A stretch of 64,000 nt of DNA. It comes from Nitrososphaerales archaeon. Its GTDB lineage: Archaea; Thermoproteota; Nitrososphaeria; Nitrososphaerales; UBA213. The stretch is from the NCBI GenBank assembly GCA_965197925.1, contig CBDAOC010000020.1:160001-224000 (forward strand), given 5' to 3'. A program made the position numbers and the translations under genes. Below, piece by piece: positions 11,037 through 21,385 of this stretch; the first letter of the stretch is position 1; each line of letters begins with the position of its first letter. The notes under the pieces were generated by a model. That model was not told where the DNA came from and did no database searches. It saw only the letters and a list, made by a program, of their open reading frames with translations.

Positions 11037-12356
11037 ATGTCAGAATTAACGGGATATAAGGGGAAAGTCTTCAATATACTATTTGATCATAACCTTTCTG
11101 TGGGAAACACACTATTGGTAAAAACTCATCGAGGTCTTTATATAGGAATTCTCATGCCAAGATATGAATTATCAGATGAAAATCATATAGTTATCAAACT
11201 AAAGAATGGCTATAACATAGGCATACATTCAGATAAAATTATTGGATTAGAATTGATGCAGGTTGAAGATGCAAGAATTAAAGGTAGTGAGAAGATTGAG
11301 CCAGCGATTAATCCAAATCTACCCAAAATTTTGATGATTAGTACCGGAGGAACAATTGCAAGCAAAATAGATTATAGAACTGGTGGTGTTGGGGCCCTCC
11401 TTACAGCTGATGAGCTGTATAACTCTATACCAGAATTGTCGAACTACGCGCAAGTAGATACACAAATACTTTTTAGCGAATACAGCGAAAACATATCAGT
11501 AAAACATTGGACCGAAATGGCGAAGAGTGTATATGAAAAAATAGTAGATGGTTATGAAGGTATAATATTAACTCATGGCACCGATACAATGCATTACTCT
11601 GCTGCTGCACTAAGTTTTGCACTAAACGAGGTGCCAGTCCCGTTAGTTCTTGTTGGTTCTCAAAGGTCTTCAGATAGACCTTCTTCAGATGGGGTGTTAA
11701 ATCTTATAGGAGCAACGCAGTTTGTATCCAAAGCAAAGGTTTCTGGTGTGTATGTCGCAATGCACAACAGCACAAACGATAATTTAATAGCCATTCATGT
11801 TGGTACACGAATTAGGAAAAATCATACAAGTAGAAGGAATGCATTTGAGTCGATAAGCCTTTCACCAATAGCTTTTGTTGACGGGGACAATATTGAAATA
11901 AACCAAGAGGTTATAACTAGACTAAAGAAACCTGGAAAATTTCTTTTAAGACCACATTTCGAAGAAAAAGTTGCATTATTGAAGTTTTACCCTGGCATGG
12001 ATCCAAGCGTAATTGAACATTATATCGATAAAGGTTATAGGGGTCTTGTAATAGAGGGAACAGGATTGGGTCATGTTGGAAAACAATGTTTTAGTGCATT
12101 AAGAAAAGCTATCGATAATGATATGATTGTTTGTATGTCATCACAATGCATATGGGGTAGGACTGGGATGACGGTGTACGAAACTGGAAGAGATTTGCTC
12201 AATTTTGGAATTATTCCATTATCAGATATGACTAGTGAGACAGCATTAGTCAAAACAATGTGGGCTCTTGCAAATTCCAAAGATAGGGAAGAAACTAGAG
12301 ATCTAATCTTGAAGAATATAGCAATGGAATATTGTGGAACATCACAATTTGATTGA
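11037..12356 (+). CDS. gatD: Glu-tRNA(Gln) amidotransferase subunit D
   Basis: KLKNGYNIG, STGGTIASKIDYRTG, HGTDTM, SQRSSDRPSSD. Confidence 0.97.
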   Translation: MSELTGYKGKVFNILFDHNLSVGNTLLVKTHRGLYIGILMPRYELSDENHIVIKLKNGYNIGIHSDKIIGLELMQVEDARIKGSEKIEPAINPNLPKILMISTGGTIASKIDYRTGGVGALLTADELYNSIPELSNYAQVDTQILFSEYSENISVKHWTEMAKSVYEKIVDGYEGIILTHGTDTMHYSAAALSFALNEVPVPLVLVGSQRSSDRPSSDGVLNLIGATQFVSKAKVSGVYVAMHNSTNDNLIAIHVGTRIRKNHTSRRNAFESISLSPIAFVDGDNIEINQEVITRLKKPGKFLLRPHFEEKVALLKFYPGMDPSVIEHYIDKGYRGLVIEGTGLGHVGKQCFSALRKAIDNDMIVCMSSQCIWGRTGMTVYETGRDLLNFGIIPLSDMTSETALVKTMWALANSKDREETRDLILKNIAMEYCGTSQFD

Positions 12357-12395
12357 AATTAAGATTTAATATCTGTACACTTACTAGATAGATTA

Positions 12396-14306
12396 ATGGA
12401 GCTGAAGAAAAACAAGACAACCCCATCTGAATTAGGGCTGATGGTTGGAATAGAAATTCATCAACAACTAGCGGCGAGGGGTAAATTGTTTTGTGAATGT
12501 AAATTTGTGGAACAAGAAAAGTATAAATCAGAATTTGTAAGAAAGTTGAGACCCACAAAGAGTGAACTGGGGGAGTATGATCCAGCAGCTCTTTTTGAGT
12601 TTAGAATGGGTAATCAGATCAAATATCTTAGAAGTTCTACAGGAAGTTGTCTAGTAGAAGCAGATGAGGAACCGCCGCACAATGTGAACCATGAAGCTCT
12701 TGACACAGCCTTGATAATTGCATTATCACTAAAATCAAATGTAGTTGATGAAATTCACGTGATGCGTAAAATAGTTTTAGATGGCTCAAACACTAGTGGT
12801 TTTCAACGCACGATGTTAGTAGCAATGGGGGGTGAGATTCAAGTTGACAATAAAAAAATGGAGATACAAAGTATATCACTTGAGGAAGACGCAGCTCAAT
12901 TGATCTCTAAACATGATACAATGCGAACCTATAGACTAGATAGACTTGGAACTCCATTGATAGAGGTTACTTTCAAACCCACTACAGGAACTGCTGAAGA
13001 AATAATGAATGTGGCATTAGCGCTGGGCCGACTTATGCGTGCCAGTAGACGAGTTTCAAGGGGTTTGGGGACGATACGACAAGATGTTAACATATCAGTT
13101 GATTCCGGAGGTGTGGTAGAGGTTAAAGGTGTCCAGAAATTGGATCAACTAGTTGGTGTTATAGAGTATGAAATTAAACGACAACATTCTATGGTATTAA
13201 TAGCAAAAAAACTTGCGGAACGTAAAATCAAATCTGATGGCATTGGTGATCTATCACTTGATATTACTAGTATGTTCAAGAATTCTAGATCCAAAGCAAT
13301 CAAGAGAGCGCTAGATGATAATGGAATTGTACAGGTTATTAGGTTAAAGGCTTTTGGGAATATACTTTCATTTGAACCCTATCCTAACATTAGACTGGGT
13401 AAAGAATTTGGGGAACTTGTCAGGTTCTACGGTCTTGGTGGTGTATTCCATTCAGATGAGCTTCCTGCATATGGAATAAGCGACAGTGATGTAGAGGTTA
13501 TTCGACAAAGGTTATCTCTGGATGAAAGAGACGCATTTGTGATACTTGTAGGCAAAAGAGCAAATGTTGAGGCAGCTGGACGTGCTATCATAGATAGGGC
13601 AATAAACGCATTGGTTGGTGTTCCATCAGAGACCAGAGCGGCGACATATGATGGAGAGACTAAATATAGTAGACCTCGAGCTGGCTCAGCCAGAATGTAT
13701 CCTGAGACGGATATACCACCCTTACCTATAACAAAAGAGAAACTGGATCTGCTGAAAGGTTTGATTCCAAAGCCATGGAATACAATAATCAGTGAGTTAT
13801 GTACGAAATACGGCTTGAATGAAGTTTTGGCGAAGAAAATATTTGACTCTGAATATATAGATACCTTTGAGGAAATAGCTTCTGACTCAAAGACACAGCC
13901 AACCTTCATAGCGGCAACACTAGCAGAATCTTTAGTAAAGTTGGAAAGAGAAGGTCTAGATACTGACCTAATCACTGAAGATCTTATCAAAAATACCTTT
14001 ACTCTTGTTGATAAGGGTAATATTGCTAAAGAATCTGTTATATTGATATTTGAAAAGATGATAAAGAAAGAAGCCATATCATTAGATGATTCTATACAAA
14101 AACTTGGTTTGAAGACTATAAACGATGAAAGTATAGAACAAATATTGGATCAAATAGTTAAGGAGAACAAACAAATCATAGCTTCCAAGGGAATTGATGC
14201 TATTAGCTTACTGATGGGAAAGGCAATGAATATCTTGCGTGGGAGAGTAGACGGACTAAAGGTAAATACTTTGTTAAGGGAAAAGATCGAAAAAATTGCG
14301 GATTGA
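12396..14306 (+). CDS. gatE: Glu-tRNA(Gln) amidotransferase subunit E
   Basis: GIEIHQQL, DGSNTSGFQRT, RMYPETDIP. Confidence 0.97.
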   Translation: MELKKNKTTPSELGLMVGIEIHQQLAARGKLFCECKFVEQEKYKSEFVRKLRPTKSELGEYDPAALFEFRMGNQIKYLRSSTGSCLVEADEEPPHNVNHEALDTALIIALSLKSNVVDEIHVMRKIVLDGSNTSGFQRTMLVAMGGEIQVDNKKMEIQSISLEEDAAQLISKHDTMRTYRLDRLGTPLIEVTFKPTTGTAEEIMNVALALGRLMRASRRVSRGLGTIRQDVNISVDSGGVVEVKGVQKLDQLVGVIEYEIKRQHSMVLIAKKLAERKIKSDGIGDLSLDITSMFKNSRSKAIKRALDDNGIVQVIRLKAFGNILSFEPYPNIRLGKEFGELVRFYGLGGVFHSDELPAYGISDSDVEVIRQRLSLDERDAFVILVGKRANVEAAGRAIIDRAINALVGVPSETRAATYDGETKYSRPRAGSARMYPETDIPPLPITKEKLDLLKGLIPKPWNTIISELCTKYGLNEVLAKKIFDSEYIDTFEEIASDSKTQPTFIAATLAESLVKLEREGLDTDLITEDLIKNTFTLVDKGNIAKESVILIFEKMIKKEAISLDDSIQKLGLKTINDESIEQILDQIVKENKQIIASKGIDAISLLMGKAMNILRGRVDGLKVNTLLREKIEKIAD

Positions 14307-14357
14307 GGAAAAGATCGAAAAAAAGGTTTTATACATCTTTGTAACTCCAATTGTTAT

Positions 14358-14867
14358 ATGTCATCTAACAACGTTAAGATTAAGGTCAAGTTTGGTACTA
14401 ATGAAGTCGAGATTGAATCTCCTCTTGATTCTATCCATGATGCAGTTGATGCAATACCGAATATAATTAAGAATTTGGGGAGTAATGTAAGGATGGTTGA
14501 AGGTGTTAGGAAAGGGCTTACAGAACATATTGGTGGTATAGGGACAAGATCACAGATTGATATGCCAGAAATAAAGATAGACAAAGTCGATTCAATGAGC
14601 GATATAGTTGTGAAGATGTTCAAGAATTCTTGGGGGAGGCAGTCAAGGAAATTATCAGATGTTAGGCAAGCCCTTGACACATATGGATTATCATATCCGA
14701 AACAGTCTGTAGCAGTTACTCTCTTAAGGCTTGCTAAAAATGGCAAGTTGCGCCGTTACAAGGGAAGTGACGGAGATTTTCTGTATATAGCAGCCAACGC
14801 ATTATTGGGAGATGAACATTTAGTCGCTAGCGATGTGGTATCCGTGGATGCGCTTGAGGAACAATAG
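14358..14867 (+). CDS. hypothetical protein with C-terminal winged helix
   Basis: KLSDVRQAL..G....KQSVAVTLLRLAKNGKLRR wHTH-like pattern. Confidence 0.75.
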   Translation: MSSNNVKIKVKFGTNEVEIESPLDSIHDAVDAIPNIIKNLGSNVRMVEGVRKGLTEHIGGIGTRSQIDMPEIKIDKVDSMSDIVVKMFKNSWGRQSRKLSDVRQALDTYGLSYPKQSVAVTLLRLAKNGKLRRYKGSDGDFLYIAANALLGDEHLVASDVVSVDALEEQ

Positions 14868-14870
14868 GAA

Positions 14871-15386
14871 ATGTCAGAACTGCCGGAAAATGCCCAAGTC
14901 AATATTATCGTAACCTATGGCGAAACTACTGTAAAGTTTCATGGTGCTCCAGAGACCGTGATGGAATCTGTTTTGAGATTCATAGCAAAAGAAATCCCGG
15001 GCATTGAATTGGCAAAGAAGATTACTTTGAATTACCAAGTATCTGAATTAATTGATATGTATGCTGATTACATAAAGATCACCCCTGAAGGCCCGATTGT
15101 CATGAGTGAAGGAAAAAAATTAAGTGAAAAGGACCTTATTGGACTACAACTAGTTGCATACAAGCTAGCTAATGAATTAGGAAAGTCAGACAATAGTGAC
15201 ATGTCAGCACAAGATCTCCAGATTGCAACAGTACTAAATCCCAAATCAGTGAGTTCTAGGCTGAGTGAGCTTGTTAAATTGAGCTATGTTCAGAGAAGTA
15301 ATGACGAGAAAGGAGTAAGGTATAAAATGACTACCCAAGGTATATTTTGGTTGAATTCAACGCTGATGAAGAAAATCAAGGACTGA
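14871..15386 (+). CDS. hypothetical protein with C-terminal winged helix
   Basis: MSAQDLQIATVLNPKSVSSRLSELVK..YV......YKMT wHTH pattern. Confidence 0.75.
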   Translation: MSELPENAQVNIIVTYGETTVKFHGAPETVMESVLRFIAKEIPGIELAKKITLNYQVSELIDMYADYIKITPEGPIVMSEGKKLSEKDLIGLQLVAYKLANELGKSDNSDMSAQDLQIATVLNPKSVSSRLSELVKLSYVQRSNDEKGVRYKMTTQGIFWLNSTLMKKIKD

Positions 15387-15780
15387 CTTCGGGTGGTTTT
15401 TTTTGTACATATCTGTATGAACGCATAGTACCAGTTCTTGTCAGAATATTTTCTCTAACAAAATCTGTTAGCGAATGTGATACAGCCGTCCTGTCGTAAT
15501 TGTATCCACGTCTTGACAATTCTTCATGTACTTCTGCAAGACTTTTTTCAGCGATAAACCATCTCTCCATCCACAATGCTTCTATCAATCCTTTACAAGT
15601 CGCAGAACTATGTGGCTGTTGCTTCCTATCTAAGAGTGTATTTGTGCCTTCTTTAACCACGTTTTCCATACCAGATAAAAGATTTTCTACTACTTGCTTG
15701 ACTTTGCCCTCTGGGCAAGAGAATTCTATCTCCCACGAACCCTTTTTAAGTTTCACCTTCACTACTTCAGGATCACTCAT
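15376..15780 (-). CDS. hypothetical protein with C-terminal winged helix
   Basis: KSLAEVHEELSRRGY.YDRTAVSHSLTDFVRENILTR. Confidence 0.75.
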   Translation of the reverse strand: MSDPEVVKVKLKKGSWEIEFSCPEGKVKQVVENLLSGMENVVKEGTNTLLDRKQQPHSSATCKGLIEALWMERWFIAEKSLAEVHEELSRRGYNYDRTAVSHSLTDFVRENILTRTGTMRSYRYVQKKPPEVSP

Positions 15781-15793
15781 ACTGACACCTTAT

Positions 15794-15874
15794 TATTGTT
15801 CATATTGTTCATATTGTTCATATTGTTCATATTGTTCATATTGTTCATATTGTTCATATTGTTCATATTGTTCA
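15794..15874. repeat. perfect tandem repeat (TATTGTTCA)x9
   Basis: Nine identical 9-bp units read directly. Confidence 0.97.
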
Positions 15875-15979
15875 TGTTGCGCAATATTTATAGGCAACCT
15901 AAACTGTATATTGTTGAACAACATGCACATGCAATTAAACCTTGTTCCTTGGCTAGAAGTGATTGATCTTGGTCAGATA

Positions 15980-16936
15980 ATGTATAGATTTGAGGAAGTG
16001 GTAAACGCAACAATGAAACCAAAAATAGACAATTTATTTGGAAAGCAGGTTTTGTTTAGTTCCAGCGATAAGGAATTCTACCCAATGGAGGATTGGGGAC
16101 CGAAAAGTAATTTTTCGAATACAGTTAAGATAAAAGCGATACATGAAGCTACAAATGTTGCAGCAATAGACTCTAGCTGTGTGTTAATTGGTGAAACCTC
16201 AGAAGGTTCAATTTATTCTGCCAAGTGCTGCTTGGTTTTATCTTGCATTGGTAAATCTCTAATACATTTCAAGGTTGGACCTATGCTTTTTTACATAGAT
16301 AATGATATCAGCAAATCATCTATAATCGAAAAGAGATTATTGAATTTTGCTTTATTGGATCCTGCTACAACAAAAAGGATGATCAGGATCAGGATTGAGC
16401 GTATAATGCAAAATCAAATATCAAAATTGTTCAGTAATACGATTATACTTGTAGATGGTTCACTCAAAAGATCCTTATTTGAAGATGAACACAACGGATT
16501 CAATACCATATTACAAAATTGCAAAACATGGGGAAACCAGTTGGTTGGAATAAGTAAGACTACTAAACTAAAAGTTCTTGATAAATTTTCATCATCGTTG
16601 ATGCGAAGGAATGATGCTTGTTACATCGATGTTTCGTATATAGTAAAGAGATTGGTCAGTAATATTATAGGTAATTCTTTGCTTGCTAAACTCAGCCCTA
16701 ATGGATTAGCATTAAGGACAGATGTTTTAAATGACCCTAGTGAGGTATTAGGAAGATTAGTTACAAATGATGTTATTGTTAATGGTTATCCAGAAACACT
16801 AAGACTAGCGCATCATGTCTCAACATTCACAACGACGGAGATGACTTGTCTAAAAGGCCTAATACTTAGCAAGTTTGGAGCAAAAGAGATAATGTGTGAA
16901 GATGTAAGACGAACTTTATTAGGAACATTCCTGTGA
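15980..16936 (+). CDS. nurA: NurA-family nuclease
   Basis: AAIDSS, ILVDGSL, VGISK, GYPETLRLAH motifs; overlaps herA start; start chosen downstream of the repeat. Confidence 0.8.
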   Translation: MYRFEEVVNATMKPKIDNLFGKQVLFSSSDKEFYPMEDWGPKSNFSNTVKIKAIHEATNVAAIDSSCVLIGETSEGSIYSAKCCLVLSCIGKSLIHFKVGPMLFYIDNDISKSSIIEKRLLNFALLDPATTKRMIRIRIERIMQNQISKLFSNTIILVDGSLKRSLFEDEHNGFNTILQNCKTWGNQLVGISKTTKLKVLDKFSSSLMRRNDACYIDVSYIVKRLVSNIIGNSLLAKLSPNGLALRTDVLNDPSEVLGRLVTNDVIVNGYPETLRLAHHVSTFTTTEMTCLKGLILSKFGAKEIMCEDVRRTLLGTFL

Positions 16937-18405
16937 GTCAAGTGAGAATATTCAACAAGGAAGGCAATGAATTATCTCTACTTGCAATAACAGAAGATGC
17001 TATAGAAAAAGGTGATTATCTCATTATCGAAGACAGAAAGACCAAACGTAGACTATTGGCTCAAGTGTACGAGATGGAGTATTTGAGCATACCAACGCTT
17101 TTACAGGATATCGTGAAAGAAGAAGTAGTAAACGCATCAAGTATAGAGGATAGCCACGATCCTCTGAATATAAGTTGCCTTTCTATGATGGTTAGAGACT
17201 CTAGATTGCTCAGATGTAAAATCAGGACGTCTCTACAAAATGGAAAATTGAGTAATGGTGTTTCATGGTTGCCGTCTAGGGTTGATTCGAAGATAAGTAA
17301 GTTGAAAATATCTGAACTTGATATTATATTGAGAAGAGGAGGTCTATTTCCTATACATATAGGCGAAACCAAAGATAATGAACAGTTTAGAATATATGGA
17401 GAAGAACTTGATGGAAATCTGAATGTAATAACAGGCAAAAAGGGATCGGGAAAATCACATCTTGCGAAAATGATTGTAAAGAAACTTACAGAGTATGGAG
17501 CTTTTGTTATAATCTTTGATCTTAACAATGAATATTCTGGACTTGCTTGGAATAGGGATGGTACTCCAAGCACCGTAAATGAACGTGTTATCATGTTAGA
17601 TCCTGGTAATGGCTTGCAATTTAGCTTAGACGATATAGGGAAAGGGGCTGTTACAACAATGCTAGAACACACATTGGACTTGCCTGCCGCATCAATGCGT
17701 GAATTCTTCAGAATTTGGGATCGGCTCAATGCAAGAAACTTGCTAGGTATAAAAAATTTGAGCAATGCAATAAACACCTGGGAAATGAACGAACTTGTAA
17801 GGGATGCTCTACTTTCTAGACTATATTCTATAGAATCCTCAAAGCTTTTTACAGATGATTACAAAAAATCATGCAGGCTTGAAGAGATAATTAAGAAACA
17901 TGATAACGGTGCTGCTCTAGTGGTTGGAATGGGTGAAACATCACCCATAGTAAGAAGAATGACTGTAGAACTTTTGCTCAGCAAACTCATAGAACTTTTG
18001 CAGGGTGGTAAAATTGCTCCTATATTCCTTTTTGCAGAGGAGGCACACCTTTATGTTCGCGACACCTACTGGGAAGATATCATAACTAGAATGAGACATT
18101 TCGGCCTTTATACAACATTCATAACCAATCAACCTGATGCTATCAGTGACGGTATATACAGACAGGTAGATAATATATTCCTGTTCAATTTTACAAATGA
18201 TTTTGATCTGGAAAGGATCTCCAAAGTGTCTGGTGCAGACACTGACACAATAAAGTCTATTGTAAGAACTTTACCACAAACAAATTGCTTAGTTATTGGC
18301 AAGGCAGTTCATGATCTACCAGTCGTGGTAAAGACTAATCCTGCAGAAGTATTAACTTTGGGAGAGACTAAACTATTTTTCAAGCACCTACAAGCCAAAA
18401 ACTAA
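16933..18405 (+). CDS. herA: HerA/FtsK-like ATPase (DUF87)
   Basis: N-terminal HAS-barrel-like region, GKKGSGKS, FDLNNEY, FAEEAH, RMRHFG, TNQP. Confidence 0.85.
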   Translation: MSQVRIFNKEGNELSLLAITEDAIEKGDYLIIEDRKTKRRLLAQVYEMEYLSIPTLLQDIVKEEVVNASSIEDSHDPLNISCLSMMVRDSRLLRCKIRTSLQNGKLSNGVSWLPSRVDSKISKLKISELDIILRRGGLFPIHIGETKDNEQFRIYGEELDGNLNVITGKKGSGKSHLAKMIVKKLTEYGAFVIIFDLNNEYSGLAWNRDGTPSTVNERVIMLDPGNGLQFSLDDIGKGAVTTMLEHTLDLPAASMREFFRIWDRLNARNLLGIKNLSNAINTWEMNELVRDALLSRLYSIESSKLFTDDYKKSCRLEEIIKKHDNGAALVVGMGETSPIVRRMTVELLLSKLIELLQGGKIAPIFLFAEEAHLYVRDTYWEDIITRMRHFGLYTTFITNQPDAISDGIYRQVDNIFLFNFTNDFDLERISKVSGADTDTIKSIVRTLPQTNCLVIGKAVHDLPVVVKTNPAEVLTLGETKLFFKHLQAKN

Positions 18406-18409
18406 AAAA

Positions 18410-18754
18410 TTAAAGCGCGTCATTTCCTCTTTTCTTTGTTCCTATGTCTACAACATCCTCTACCGAGAAAATAAATATTTTTCCGTCACCCTTACTACCA
18501 GTACCAGCTGCATTTGTTATAGCGCTTATAACTGCTTCAACTTCAGAATCATCCACTACTGTCATTAAACTAGTTCTGGGATGAAATTCAGGAACGAACC
18601 GAGTCGTACCTCTTGATCCATGTATTGCTTCCCTTTGCCCAGCCCCTCTTCCTTTGCCATCTACAAACGTTATCCCACCTACCCCGATCTTCTTTAAGGC
18701 ATCGATTACTGCACTGCACTTCTCAGTAACAATCACAGCTTCAACCCTCTTCAT
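18410..18754 (-). CDS. glnB: P-II nitrogen regulatory protein
   Basis: MKRVEAVI, GKGRG, TGSKGDGKIF. Confidence 0.92.
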   Translation of the reverse strand: MKRVEAVIVTEKCSAVIDALKKIGVGGITFVDGKGRGAGQREAIHGSRGTTRFVPEFHPRTSLMTVVDDSEVEAVISAITNAAGTGSKGDGKIFIFSVEDVVDIGTKKRGNDAL

Positions 18755-19199
18755 AGTAGGTATAAATATATTAATTAATATAAGTCTTACAAAATAAATT
18801 AATAAAGTAATTTAATATATCCTTAATATCTTTATACGGTGTAATTAACATAAAAACTTGTGATTTGATGCTATCTACTGTTTACCTGCGCGGACGATAT
18901 GTTTGTGCAGTTGCCTGGTAACCAACCAGTCAGGATTGATGATCAGCGGGTGCTTGTATCTTTATCATAGGAATAAAAGAGACTGATAACTTTGTAAATC
19001 TAGACAATTTACTCGTTTAGGAATAGGTAGAATGGTGAATAAAAAGGGTTCCTAGTGAATTATAACAAATGTGATCATAATCAACCAACATCCTCTTGAA
19101 TATTTCTTCATAGTTGAATTAATTAGATTCATTCAACAATAGCAATTATACCAACCCAAAAATTTAATTAAACATAGACACAATTGTTCTTGTAGAAAA

Positions 19200-19604
19200 T
19201 TGTTTAGAAGAATAGGAGCTGTTATACTTCTAGTATCAGACATGCAACGGTCTATCGATTTTTATCAAAACATTCTTGAATTACCCTTGAAAAATAAATC
19301 ACATGAATGGGTGGAGTTCTTTAAAGATGGCACAACGATAGCTCTTCATCCTTTAAAGAAAAAACTACAAGAACATGCGAAATCGAAAATAGGTATATTG
19401 GTTGGTTTTATGGTTCATGACATGGATAAAACATGTGAGAAGTTAAAAGCAAAAAATGTAAAATTCATCAAAGAACCAAAGGATGAAGTGTTCGGAAAGC
19501 ATGCAATAATAGCAGATCCCGATGGGTATATGATATCCATAGCACAACTGACTTCAAAGAATGTAGAAGAAATAGATTTGTTTGGAGCTCTTGGGATAGA
19601 ATAA
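19200..19604 (+). CDS. VOC/glyoxalase family protein
   Basis: VSDMQRSIDFY, FMVHDMD, DPDGY. Confidence 0.85.
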   Translation: MFRRIGAVILLVSDMQRSIDFYQNILELPLKNKSHEWVEFFKDGTTIALHPLKKKLQEHAKSKIGILVGFMVHDMDKTCEKLKAKNVKFIKEPKDEVFGKHAIIADPDGYMISIAQLTSKNVEEIDLFGALGIE

Positions 19605-19910
19605 AAAATGAATTAGCGTGTATTATTGTGAAACAACTAAAGGAGATAATAGAAATGAAAAAGATCCTTTCCAATTTTATATAAAGTCAAAGTCCAAATG
19701 AATTAGATTTTATTTTTGCAGACTATAATTAAATCTAGTGAACTATGTAGATGATGGATCGAACTATCTGTGGAAAAGAAAAAATCTTATTGACGAATTC
19801 TAGATTTATGCAAAAATTATTCAGATTGTGATAACACATTAGAAAGGGTTTTTGGTACCATTGGCATAAACCTGATAAAGGGTTGACTCTGGTTTTAGGC
19901 TAAAAAAATA

Positions 19911-20946
19911 ATGCCCAAAGTTGGAGAAGTTGTTTCCATTAAAAAATTAATAGGTGACATTAATACGGATGATCAGGGTACTATTATCGCGATTGAATCT
20001 GAAAGACCTTATCCGTATATAGTTAAGGTTAAAGACACCCAACTCATCTCAAAACCCTACAATACATCAAAAATGATGCAAGATTAACAAATGCCAGGTA
20101 GTTTTCTGCCGTTCTTTCATACCTGATTCTTGTTCTGTGAAATCCATTCTTGAGCCATGCAAGGAATCTCTCAACTACAAATCTTGTCTTGCTGTAATGT
20201 TTGTAATCATTATTTTGCAAGATGAACTTGGAATTTATTTTGTATGGGATGCAACATGCAATATTTCTATCCCACAAATACATTCTGATGTATTTTGCAT
20301 CATTTTGTCTGCATAAACTGGTTCTATCTGTTGTATTGAATCATCATCAAGATAGTCTGAAATTGATTCTATAACATCCATGCATTTTGTACTGTCATGT
20401 TCATTTGCTGGACTCAACAGTATGGATATTGGAAATCCGTTACCCTCTACTGCGGCATGTATTTTTGTACCTGTTATTCTCTTGAATCCATTATATCCAG
20501 TTACATTGCCCCTTTTTTATTAGGAATGGATGAAGAGTCAACTGATATTTTTTGTAGATTAATTTTGCCAGATTTATGTGCTGAGTGAATAGTACGCGAT
20601 AGAATCTTTTTCCAGATTCCTTTTTGTTGCCATTTGTTTAACCTTCTGTTTGCAGTAGAATCATCACCATATCTTTTTGGCATATCGTCCCATCGGCATC
20701 CAGTAGTTAGAACATGGATTATTCCGTTAATGATTTTTCTATCATAATCCCTAGGCCTGCCAGTTTTTGCATGTGGTGGTATGTGTGATTCCATCATACT
20801 CCACTGTTTGTCTGATAATTCTTGGAATTTCATAAAATAATTTTAGATGTCGCTATTCATAGATCTAAATGGCCGCTAAAAATTGTCTAAATGGTTAGTT
20901 TTGAGATGAGTTGACTGTATTCACTAAACTGGATGACTTCAATTAA
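19911..20946 (+). pseudogene. small 53-aa protein interrupted by IS5
   Basis: 19911-20039 joined to 20914-20946 gives MPKVGEVVSIKKLIGDINTDDQGTIIAIESERPYPYIVKVKDT-TVFTKLDDFN*. Confidence 0.6.
20040..20913 (-). mobile_element. IS5-family element with fragmented transposase
   Basis: Perfect 16-bp IR CAACTCATCTCAAAAC/GTTTTGAGATGAGTTG; orfA LSDKQW..GRPR..TGCRWDDMP; AAAAAAG slippery site; orfB pieces RFVVERFLAWL, RYER. Confidence 0.92.
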
Positions 20947-20995
20947 TTTGATGGTAAAACTAAGAAAAAATGACAATTTTTAATTGAATTAAACG

Positions 20996-21095
20996 TGCGG
21001 GAGGTGGGATTTGAACCCACGAACCCCTGAGAGACGAGGTTTCCCAAGGTATCTATCTGAGCCTCGCGCCTTTGACCATGCTTGGCAACTCCCGC
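20996..21095 (-). tRNA. tRNA-Leu(CAG), 15-nt intron at 37/38
   Basis: GCGGGAG acceptor, CGAGG-CTCAGA[intron]A-CCTCG anticodon arm, long variable arm, GGTTCAAATCC. Confidence 0.93.
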
Positions 21096-21385
21096 AACTC
21101 AAAATGCTTTATCCTCCTAACATAATAGTATTTACAGAACACCATCAACTGGAGCCATAGTACTACTAAGACCAAATCATATATCTCTTTGACAATCAAA
21201 TATTATTTTATGTTTAGGACATTCATCCATAGGTCAAATCAGCAAGGCTTACTCTAGTAATTGCTATGACTGGTCCTTGTAGAGATCAATATTGTCTATT
21301 TAACTGCAATAGAAATTGAAAATTATATTGATTCTTGTTATTGAATAAAAAATGTAGAAAATTGAAGTGAAAAATCTATTAATCA

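Noticed and set aside
15794..15874. CRISPR array
   Set aside because: 9-bp units with no spacers; I saw no repeat-spacer array anywhere in the window despite the cas1 relics.
15500..15979. N-terminal extension of NurA and ORF 15694-15966
   Set aside because: Created by the stop-free 9-bp repeat (YCS/ILF runs) and overlaps the opposite-strand gene.
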